Positions 1-21,179 of a stretch of DNA of 64,000 nt are shown here, piece after piece. Each line of letters opens with the position of its first letter. The stretch's first letter is position 1. A program made the position numbers and the translations under genes. Source of the DNA: Hormiphora californensis (lineage: Eukaryota > Animalia > Ctenophora); assembly GCA_020137815.1 (NCBI GenBank), contig CM035354.1, positions 7,254,001 through 7,318,000 on the forward strand, in the 5' to 3' direction. The notes beneath the pieces are model-generated. The model was not told where the DNA came from and did not search any database. It was given only the letters and a program-made list of their open reading frames with translations.

Positions 1-1564
1 TAGCTCCGAGAAAACCTTCTGGTAATCCCCCTCGAGATACTTTTGAAGGGGCTTGAAAACAAGCATTTCCTCTTTCCTGAGATTAGGCCAGAATACATGA
101 GATATGATTATGATATTGATATCAAATGGAGCTGGTTCAGATATCTGATCGGATATATTTGAATGTGTCCGTCTAGAGTCCACCACATCTTGCAACATTA
201 TCTGGCATTGCGCCAGATCCTCCCCGAATGCTATTTTTAGCAACTCAAGACCCCTCATCTCGCTAGCAATATCATAGTCCGCTGTGGAGAGAATCTTATC
301 TGCTACCAAGTTCCGGTATTCCTTTATAAAGAGATCTGCACTCCCATAAATAGTACACAAAGTGCTAACAATCTCCCCTGATTTACTAGACGGAGTAGCC
401 TCGGCTGGCATGTCTCTAGTTGGGGGCACCCACTCCTCCCACCCCTCTGTTTCAAGATCACTATCAGTATGGGCTTGAAACAGCACCGATTTACCTAGCT
501 CCCGTCCTAACTCTTGGCTACTGAGGAGAGCCCCCAAGATACACCTTATCGTATCCTCCCGGGCCTTCAGGTACTTCCGAAGGGGCAGGCATACCTGCTC
601 CAGAACAACCCCACTGGGATCAATGTACCTGAGTACCTTTATTGCTGATGAGTATTGTGTGATTATATCATCAGTGTTAGCTCCAGGATGTAACAATCTC
701 CCAACCAGGGTACTTCGAGCACTGTCCACCAACTCAGCTCTACTGCTGTGAACCTCCCCCAGACACTCTTTAATATCGGACACAGCGCCATGGGAGTCCG
801 GGTAATCCACCATAATCTCAAACAGATCGCTGATCCGGGTGGATGCTATTGTTTTGTAGACTAGAAAGTGGATGCGCTGCTTCCAACCTTGGATATCCAC
901 TGCAGGCGGGTGGGTACAAACCAGGTGGATAAACGGGAGAACAGACTCGTCCACCCACTCTAACACTCCGCTAATAATACTCCTGTCAAGGGCCTGTCCT
1001 GCGAAGTTCTCGCTGATGTAATCTTTGATCCGCATGTGTACAACGTGTAGGACAGCCTCACTTGCCAGCGCTTCGAACAGTCCTAAATCTCCCAAACATT
1101 GGTTCACTTTATCAAACTGCGGACCTGCACACCCGGCCTCAAAAGCCCTCATTCCTGTTTCATAGAACATTCTACAGGCCCCCCTCAGGTCCTCCTTCCC
1201 AGCTAGTAGAGCAACACGGAGATGTGCAAGGCAGGTACGTCGTGAGAAACCCTCATCAAGATCTTCAATAAGAGCAAATACCCGAGATAGTGCTCCGATC
1301 TCCTCGCCCAGGTACAGAACAGCTGCCTCAAATGAACAGGAGAAGACCTCCTCAAATCGTGACATGACTTGAGTTTTGAAAGTAATACTTGACCTTCACC
1401 CCATACCAGGAACCGATACATTTCCGGACGGGGAACCCAAGATTTTCCAAGATATCAACGTGCTTTCTACACGTACCCTCAGCAATTTCACCCTTTTGGA
1501 TTGGTGGGGTGAGATGGGAGACGAGCCATCGCCAGGAGCCCTCTGCTTCAACTGATACCGCCAT
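1..1564 (-). CDS. ANAPC2: Anaphase-promoting complex subunit 2 (intronless here, runs off window start; one apparent +1 frameshift near 1375)
   Basis: Minus-strand translation around 540-710 reads LVGRLLHPGANTDDIITQYSSAIKVLRYIDPSGVVLEQVCLPLRKYLKAREDTIRCI, the conserved APC2 cullin-region motif. ATG at 1564; removing one base in the T-run at ~1374-1377 joins the N-terminal ORF to the long frame. Confidence 0.9.
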
Positions 1565-1831
1565 GGGACAGCTACATGGGAAATGGTAGAGGTTAGTTAG
1601 CTCGACAAACGGGACACTGGGCAGGGGTAGGGACTAGGGGCTAAATGAGAAAGTGGTTAATTAGGCAAGAAACGGCTCAGTGGCATTAATAGAGACATGT
1701 TGGTGTAAAAACAAAATATTTGGTTTAATTTAAAACAAAATAAAATAACTTTAAAACATTAAAAAGTGTCACCCCACACATCACTCCCACACAGTCAAAG
1801 AACACCCAAACTAAAATCTTAATGTGGCTGT

Positions 1832-3252
1832 CTAATTCAGTTCCTCGATCAAGCAAGTTGGTGGCTTATTTTTCTCCAGATCCAGAGATTTCACAGTCAT
1901 AGCAAGGGACTCCATCTCTTTATCATTGTCTGCTCCTTCATCAACTAAATCATCCGTATCATCCTCAGACTCACTACTATCACTAAGCTCAGAAGAAGAA
2001 GAAGTATACTCATCACTGCTGCTCTCCTCTTCAGAATCTGACTCCTCCTCTCCCAATTCCATCAGCTTCTCAAACTGTTTCAAGGGCAGGGGCAGGTCAG
2101 ACTTTGTAACCTTCATATCCCTCAAAGCGGCTTGTAACTTTGTGATGTGCTTGTCACTGACATGCTGAATCCACACACAGAATTCCTTCACAAATACAGC
2201 GTTGTGGAGGTAGAAAAACTCGTGGGTTCTGAGGGTGTTGTAGAGACCAAGGAGAGTGGATAGAATAGCACTCCTACCGCCACTCACAACCTCTCTCAAG
2301 TCAGATAGTACTTTGGAACAGAGATCGAAATTCCTGTAAAGCGGGAAGGTGAGTGCTCGAGTGAAGGATAGCACCGCTGCACTGTGAAGGGTCGGTCCAG
2401 TTGATAGCCATGACAGTTGGGTGCTCAGTTTGCTAATAGACCACGCTGATTCAACAGTTTCCCGACCCTGAGTGTGTCGCAACTCAAACAAGTATGCGAA
2501 CAGCAAGTCAAAGAGGCCGATCATAACCTGTGACATTTGGGATTTGGTAACGGGAGTAAGACTTGTTTTAGTCAGTTCCACTAACAGTTCTTGCTCGTTG
2601 TTGATTGATGGCGGGATAAACGGGGTACTGACCACATCACCAACATATTCGTTTGGTCCCAAGAAATCATTTAGATAGTGCTCCATGTCAAATCTTCTCT
2701 GGAGGTCCTCTAGCATCAGAAGTAATCTCTCTTCTGGCTGAGTTGTGTCTGGATCAGATAGGTCAACTAAATCTGGATACTCGTCAAGAAACCTTGTGTA
2801 GACACCAGAGTGGTTGTTCGCAAATCCATAACTCACAGCCGTGTCTATTGTGTTTTGCTACAATCTGTTGATCCCATTCCCATTCAAACTCATCAGGTAT
2901 TTCTAAAGGGGAGTCACTCGAGACGACTTCTATTTTAGGAGTGGTAGGGTTTGATTGTTTCGGTGCAAGAAGCTTGGTAATCATGTCCAGATCAGTGAAG
3001 TGTTCTCCAGGGATTTTCTTAGGAATTTTAATAGCGACTATCACCAGAGTCAACATCGTACTTGGCGCTTTCTGAGCCGTCTTCTACAAGTTCTTGATTA
3101 AAATTAAGTCGTAAATAGTACGGTTTGAGGTAGAATTTGAATTCTGTACCCTCGATAAACATCTCTGAAGTTGAGATTTTGACATAAGGAATGTGAAGAG
3201 TCAGTAGAATGTGGTTGTCCTCTTGAGTGATCTTAAACTTCGGTGTCAACAT
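1832..3252 (-). CDS. SHQ1: H/ACA RNP assembly factor SHQ1 (intronless; split into three ORFs by two apparent frameshifts near 3045 and 2835)
   Basis: N-terminal CS domain MLTPKFKITQ...FKFYLKPYYLRLNF, then KKIPGEHFTDLDMITKLL, YGFANNHSG, AYLFELRHTQGRETVESAWSISKLS, RALTFPLYRNFDL, an acidic tail and C-terminal LIEELN. Confidence 0.92.
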
Positions 3253-3337
3253 TTTGTCAGCTAAAGATCGGGATGTTCATGTGTTAAAATTAGAATGAGC
3301 TGCGAAGGCACTGCTGCACGTGCCAACTGAGTTGTAG

Positions 3338-3555
3338 ACAAATTAAATGCAGGAAATAGCTGCTAGAAAATCGCTGCAGTATCCCGCACTGCGAGGGTCC
3401 TGTAGCATATGCAAAAATCGCTTGGCATAGGCTGCTGGCTCATGACTGGATCATGGATGCCCTCTAACACGACCAACATCAGGGTCTCAGATATCAAAAT
3501 GCACACCACGATTAGTCACAGAGTGAGCCTATTAAGTAAAAAGTGGTACAACATC
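3338..3555. repeat. 218-bp direct repeat, copy 1 (copy 2 at 5918-6135)
   Basis: ACAAATTAAATGCAGG...GTGGTACAACATC matches 5918-6135 except one A/G difference (3445 vs 6025). Confidence 0.95.
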
Positions 3556-4262
3556 TATCTATCTATCTACGGAGTGCCTGGGCTTGCCAACGGCAAGCCC
3601 CCAAGGGACTATCGCAAAGCGATTTCGCCGGCACTAGGAGAATAGCCCCCCTCCCCTCCCCCACCATCAGGAACTGACCACAGGACAGGGTCCATTATAG
3701 GTGGCTTCGGGTTCGGGAGGCTAGACTCCAGAGAGAACCAGTCTCTTGGTTCTTCTATCCTGAGTCTTGGATCCAGTCTCTTGGTTCTTCTATCCTGAGT
3801 CTTGGATCTTTGACTCTTACACACTGCGACAGGCGGGGATGTGTTCTTCTAGTCTTTATCTTGGTTTTTTAGTATATTTGTTTTCTCGATTAGTTTGATG
3901 GCTACCGCAGTGTGGTTAATTATCGTTTTGCCTAGGTCTTTGTATGAAGTTTTGCCGCTTAGTCTCATTCTTTCTGCTACCAGGATTTCACATTCACAGA
4001 TTAGGTGTTTCGCATTTTCATTTGTTTTAGTGCATAGACTGCATATGGCCGTGTTGGATTTCCCAATCTTCTTGAGGTAGCTGTTGAACGGGCCTATGTT
4101 GGTGATCAGATGTACTATGGTTCTATATTTTTTCCTTTGTTTGTCGTACAGTGCCATCTTTTTTGTTAGTGAGTTCCATGTTGATTCACTAGTTACTGTA
4201 TTCCTTGTGTGCTTCCCTCCATTTGCTAGAAATTGATTCATGGTTTTTGTTTTGGCTATTTC
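3556..4262 (-). mobile_element. 5'-truncated non-LTR retrotransposon (C-terminal CCHC zinc-knuckle end of ORF2, 3' UTR, (TAGA)n tail)
   Basis: ORF 3849-4241 has LITNIGPFNSYLKKIGKSNTAICSLCTKTNENAKHLICEC, typical of the post-RT/RNase H C-terminus of R1/I/Loa-like LINEs. A-rich sense strand; 3' UTR with a 35-bp tandem duplication and hairpins; ends in TAGATAGATAGATAGA. Confidence 0.8.
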
Positions 4263-5917
4263 AGGTTTATTTTAGATCTAGATCTTGAAATAGTTATTCA
4301 ACCAGATAGTATTTACTCAACAATTAGTATCTGTATGCCTGCAGGAGCAGCGTACCTGCAAAGCAGTATCGGGGGAGTAGTTTTGCTACTAAGGTAGGAT
4401 GTTCATGTTGGGATTTTAATTAGTACTGCAGATAGTGCGTGACCTACATCGCAGATATTTCTATCTCTCTGCAGAGAGAGCGAGAGAGAAAGAGAGATCA
4501 GAATTCTAGAGAATGGGACTGGAAAATGCTAGACGGGGATGGTTGAAACTCAGTGGAGTGAGAGTAGGGATTAAAAAATATCGGAGGTTTATTTTAGATC
4601 TAGATCTTGAAATAGTTATTCAACCAGATAGTATTTACTCAACAATTAGTATCTGTATGCCTGCAGGAGCAGCGTACCTGCAAAGCAGTATCGGGGGAGT
4701 AGTTTTGCTACTAAGGTAGGATGTTCATGTTGGGATTTTAATTAGTACTGCAGATAGTGCGTGACCTACATCGCAGATATTTCTATCTCTCTGCAGAGAG
4801 AGCGAGAGAGAAAGAGAGATCAGAATTCGAGAAAATGCTAGACGGGGATGGTTGTAACTCAGTGGAGTGAGAGTAGGGATTAAAAAATATCGGAGGTTTA
4901 TTTTAGATCTAGATCTTGAAATAGTTATTCAACCAGATAGTATTTACTCAACAATTAGTATCTGTATGCCTGCAGGAGCAGCGTACCTGCAAAGCAGTAT
5001 CGGGGGAGTAGTTTTGCTACTAAGGTAGGATGTTCATGTTGGGATTTTAATTAGTACTGCAGATAGTGCGTGACCTACATCGCAGATATTTCTATCTCTC
5101 TGCAGAGAGAGCGAGAGAGAAAGAGAGATCAGAATTCTAGAGAATGGGACTGGAAAATGCTAGACGGGGATGGTTGAAACTCAGTGGAGTGAGAGTAGGG
5201 ATTAAAAAATATCGGAGGTTTATTTTAGATCTAGATCTTGAAATAGTTATTCAACCAGATAGTATTTACTCAACAATTAGTATCTGTATGCCTGCAGGAG
5301 CAGCGTACCTGCAAAGCAGTATCGGGGGAGTAGTTTTGCTACTGAAGGTAGGATGTTCATGTTGGGATTTTAATTAGTACTGCAGATAGTGCGTGACCTA
5401 CATCGCAGATATTTCTATCTCTCTGCAGAGAGAGCGAGAGAGAAAGAGAGATCAGAATTCGAGAATGGGACTGGAAAATGCTAGACGGGGATGGTTGTAA
5501 CTCAGTGGAGTGAGAGTAGGGATTAAAAAATATCGGAGGTTTATTTTAGATCTAGATCTTGAAATTAGTTATTCAACCAGATAGTATTTACTCAACAATT
5601 AGTATCTGTATGCCTGCAGGAGCAGCGTACCTGCAAAGCAGTATCGGGGGAGTAGTTTTGCTACTGAAGGTAGGATGTTCATGTTGGGATTTTAATTAGT
5701 ACTGCAGATAGTGCGTGACCTACATCGCAGATATTTCTATCTCTCTGCAGAGAGAGCGAGAGAGAAAGAGAGATCAGAATTCTAGAGAATGGGACTGGAA
5801 AATGCTAGACGGGGATGGTTGAAACTCAGTGGAGTGAGAGTAGGGATTAAAAAATATCGGAGGTTTATTTTAGATCTAGATCTTGAAATAGTTATTCAAC
5901 CAGATAGTATTTACTCA
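4263..5917. repeat. Tandem array of ~322-bp units (5 full + partial), alternating A/B variants
   Basis: AGGTTTATTTTAGATCTAGATCTTG recurs at 4263, 4585, 4894, 5216, 5537 and 5861. Confidence 0.95.
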
Positions 5918-6135
5918 ACAAATTAAATGCAGGAAATAGCTGCTAGAAAATCGCTGCAGTATCCCGCACTGCGAGGGTCCTGTAGCATATGCAAAAATCG
6001 CTTGGCATAGGCTGCTGGCTCATGGCTGGATCATGGATGCCCTCTAACACGACCAACATCAGGGTCTCAGATATCAAAATGCACACCACGATTAGTCACA
6101 GAGTGAGCCTATTAAGTAAAAAGTGGTACAACATC
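5918..6135. repeat. 218-bp direct repeat, copy 2
   Basis: Matches 3338-3555. Confidence 0.95.
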
Positions 6136-6368
6136 AAAATGTCTAGAGTAGTTTCGCATCATCGCCGAAATTTTAACTCCGTTTCACGTTTTTTAAAGTT
6201 TGAACAAAATTTTTGAAGTTTCAAAAAAATTTTTGACCCGATTTTGGCGGCGCGGCGTCAACATTACATGTGACGCGCAAATCATGAACTAACGCCGCGC
6301 AACTGCGCGTGCACAATTTTCGAAATTTTTGAAATGAAACTTTTTTCGAAATCTCGCACTTTTTTAAA

Positions 6369-7451
6369 GGGCGCCGTTACGATCTGGGTGTTTGGTTGAA
6401 AAGCGCTGCCTTATCCCGGGGGCCAGCAACGTTTGCCAAGGTGTTTGGTGGCCTGTTTACAGGTGCGCGCTGCCAAAAAAGTTGATTCACTAAAATGGCT
6501 CTAACCGCCAAACCACTCAACCGTTTTGGCTAATTCAAAGTTTATCTGGTAGGAAATGTCAAGGCCTAACCCCAACCCAAACCCCAGCCCTAACCCTAAC
6601 TTGTCAAGGACTCTTCAGTGAGTGTGTGTTTGAAGGACAGCTAATTTATTATTTATTTATTACCGAATCTGTGTGTATGTGTTTGTGATTGTCTGTTTGT
6701 CTGTGAATGTGTTTGTACGTGTGTTAGTATGTTTTTGTATTAACCGTTTTGTATTGACTGCTGATGTTGTGTTTTGCGTCTGTGACTTTGTGTATTCTGT
6801 TTAATCTGTTTTTATGTTTGTCTGCTTGTTTTGTTAGTTCGTTGCCTTGTTTTCTATAACCCCTTGTTCCTCGTATTTTGTGCATCTAATGCTACTAGGA
6901 TGTGTATCACTGTCTCTAAGTATTGTTTAAACCGCTTTAGGAAACCGCTGATGTGAACTGTATATTTTCACCTCTCAGCCTTGTATCACTTTATTAGTGT
7001 ATGGTGTAAGAGCGGGACGAAGTTATATATTAATTGTGTGACTTTGTGATAAATTGTGCGTAAACTTAAACTTAAACTTAAACTTAACCCCACTTTAGCC
7101 CTAACCCTAAAAAACCGTTTGTCAGCACTCTCCAAACACCCAGATTTTAACGCTGGCCTTTTTTAAACTGACCAGACCGGAAAACGTTAAAATCTGGGTG
7201 CCTTTCATTGCTAACAATTCGTAGTTTTGGCGCGCGCGACGGGTTAGGGCTATCCGTTAGGGTCTGGTTAGGGTTTGGTTTGGGGTTATCGGTTAGGGCT
7301 ATCGATTCTCTATCTGATACCGTTTAGTTTACTCAAATCGGCCATGTGGTTCCATGGCTATAGCCGTTTGAAAAAAGTCGGTTTAAGTATACTCTTTTGG
7401 TAGCGCGCACCTGTAAACAGGCTACAAGGCACCCAGATTATAATCGCGCCC
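6369..7451. mobile_element. Degenerate non-autonomous inverted-repeat element with telomere-like CCCTAA/TTAGGG tracts
   Basis: GGGCGCCGTTACGATCTGGGTG...CCTGTTTACAGGTGCGCGCTGCCAAAA at left is inverted as TTTTGGTAGCGCGCACCTGTAAACAGG...CACCCAGATTATAATCGCGCCC at right. CCCTAA-like runs at 6565-6600 and 7085-7110; TTAGGG-like runs at 7240-7300. Confidence 0.55.
6601..7086 (+). mobile_element. Possible retroposon 3' end with (AAACTT)n tail inserted in the CCCTAA tract
   Basis: GT-rich block ending in TAAACTTAAACTTAAACTTAAACTT that interrupts the telomere-like repeat. Confidence 0.4.
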
Positions 7452-7962
7452 GACCAGACCTGAGACCGCCCTTTTTTCGCGTTTCACGTCATATCTCCAC
7501 TCTCTGAAGTCTGATAAGAAAGAGGCATCAAATTTGGAGGTTAGGAAAAACATGTTGAGTTCTTCCTAATCTCCAAATTTGAAGTCTTAATCTTACCAGA
7601 AACCGGAAGTATGTCATATATTAATTCTGTCAAATCGGGGGGGTGGGCCGCGGGGCGAAGCGAATAGATTTAAATAATCCGAATTCCGACTCGTTCGTTT
7701 TTAAAGTACTAGCAAAACTGGGGCGATCGTACCGATCGCAAATAGAGGGATCTGTTTCCATATTTTTCTCGATGTCTCTCTCTTTTTTATCTCTCTGTCT
7801 CTCTGCGGCCTCTCTGTCTATTTCTCTCTCACTTATGCTATATGCTATGCGATGTGATCCCTCTCTTTTCCTCTCTCTCTCTCTTTCTCTCCCTTTTATG
7901 TTTGTGATGTGACCCCTCTAGTTCGCAAGCAGTTCTCTAGCACTTGTGATACGTGATACCTA

Positions 7963-8048
7963 CGAATCACATCGTCCCATTGACGGATCACGTCGTCACA
8001 TTGACGGATCACGTCGTCACATTGACGGATCACGTCGTCACATTGACG
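7963..8048. promoter_or_regulatory. 21-bp tandem repeat (~4 copies) with TGACG/CGTCA CRE-type half sites upstream of CYFIP
   Basis: Unit CATTGACGGATCACGTCGTCA repeated ~140 bp upstream of the first (non-coding) CYFIP exon. Confidence 0.45.
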
Positions 8049-8279
8049 ATAGGGTGTCACATTTCCGTGCAAATTTGCATTAGATATAGTTAGATGAAGC
8101 TTAGTTGCAAAACATTTGCCCGAATTCATCTATTTTCCGAATTCATCCACTATGCATTACATTTAAAAATTGCGTTTTCTTTAGTCTTTCGTGCTCAGCA
8201 AAAAGGTGAGTGATTTTAATATAACCCGAATTGACACCTCCTTAGCCCCAATGAAGAGTTAGGTCGAGAAAACCACACC

Positions 8280-19471
<11,192 letters not shown>

Positions 19472-21179
19472 GGAGGACCTTTTAGGAAGGGGAGTGTGTT
19501 GTGAGATCTATACAGGATCCTAGAAATAGGGAACTGAGTGGACATGATATTGAGTTTCTGTGATGAACTGACAATTTACAGAGGTTCTGGGACATTTTTG
19601 GGCTGCAAATGGGATGGTGAGGACTGTTAAGTACAGCTTATTTTGATTGTGAATTGTTTAGAAATAGGATCGAACGGGGAAGTTAGACTTTATTTTTCTA
19701 TTGATTGATTGTTGATGCACATCCACACAAGTTATGCGAGGAACTTTTTTACTCCTTCATATTAATTTTACCAAATTTAGATTTGACATAGTTAATTAAC
19801 GACTACAAAATTAAGCCACCATCATCTCACATCTTCTTTCATTTTGCCTGTTTTTGCTAAAATATTGTTGGAGTGAGTGATTTGTTTTTTTGCAAGTGTA
19901 TGTGAGTGTTTCTATATAAACCTTGATTATGTTTTATTTCTACAAAGTATAATGAGTTCTAAACTGTAAAAACAGATCGTTTTCAATTCTAGTGTATCAT
20001 AATTGCCGTCTGCTTTAACTGATCCTTCGCTAGCTAAATGTCTGGCAGTGGCACCGCCACACCCCGTTTTGATTCTCAAATCGGGTCGGCGTCGCCAGAC
20101 AGGGATTGAATTACCTGAATCTCTCCATAAATCAGACGGCAGTCAAATCAATGGTATAAACAGAAATTAAATTAAATGGGGATTCGTGGAACAGAAAGAG
20201 CTGGTTGCAATGGCGATGGTTAGCTCTGTCTGGCGCACTTGAGCTTGACAGCCCTGAACCGGGCTAATGCGCGCATGGACTACACTAGTGTACTTTCCAT
20301 GTGCGCGAAACGGAAAAACTAGCAATAGCTCCCAGCGAGGTGGTTTCAGTTTGGGGCACCGGGAAGTTTCTTATTTTGTCGGGAATTTACCCGGTCTCTC
20401 CTTTGAAGAAAGGTTAGGAGAGTTCAAGTCAGGCCTCGTCAGACTCTAACTCAGAGACCAGAGATCCCATTGGGGATCACTCATGACCTATGAATTGTCA
20501 GTTAGTGTTACTGCCAGTGCCTAACAACCTAATCCCCATTATCCAAATAAGAATATTAAACACAGTCATAACAAATTAATAAAGAATAACTTATACAAAA
20601 CATGAATGTTAATAAGTTAACCCTCTCGCTCTCATTCGTCCATATATTCGCCACCCTAATTTTAATATTGCGATGCTATAAGGTGGATCTCTAAACCATT
20701 GCCAAGTCTCTGCAGTTTTTTCCAATATTGGCCTATGGCCAGACAAGGACTTTAACTTGATGTTAATTAGTAACTGTGTAACTAGAATTATAAAACTCTC
20801 ACTAATTTTATGAGTTTATCTCAGCTCTCTCCCTCTCTCTCATAACTGCCAATATTGTACAATTCAGTAATGACCTCTCGCACATGGGCCACATGTAACA
20901 TCTTTATCACACATTGAACTCGTGTCTATATCTAGCTAATATTATGTGTCTAATATATTTATTAATTATGTCCACCGCTTATACTCATGACAGCTGTTGA
21001 AGCGGGAGATGCGATTTTACTGGGCCATATTAATAAAAGCATTTTGATTTCACTCTCGACTAATTTCAAAACACTGTCTCTAGCGTTCTAGTAGAACACA
21101 TTTTCCCGTTTCCTAATGGTTTGTTTCCACTTGTTCCTCCTATGACTCTTCTCCCCATCACCGAACCGATTGTATCCCA

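Noticed and set aside
1340-3060. Frameshifts in ANAPC2 (~1375) and SHQ1 (~2835, ~3045) as programmed frameshifting, RNA editing or pseudogenisation
   Set aside because: Similar single-base indels also hit CYFIP (10380-10445, ~10680). The genes are essential and otherwise intact, so consensus errors are the simplest explanation; short-read polishing would settle it.
3570-3680. Hammerhead ribozyme in the LINE 3' UTR (minus strand CTGATGG...CGAAA-TCGC-TTT-GCGA-TA)
   Set aside because: Stem III and an AUA triplet are present, but the core reads CTGATGG rather than CTGANGA and stems I and II do not pair; more likely a 3' recognition structure.
4263-5917. SL RNA/snRNA gene array or CRISPR array
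   Set aside because: Units are near-identical without unique spacers, the context is eukaryotic, and I see no match to the ctenophore leader as I recall it nor a clear Sm site.
3409-6216. Repeated short ORFs (MQKSLGIG..., MGLENARR...)
   Set aside because: By-products of the DNA repeats with no recognisable protein features.
6565-7300. True telomere or chromosome fusion site
   Set aside because: Tracts are short, degenerate and embedded in an inverted-repeat element.
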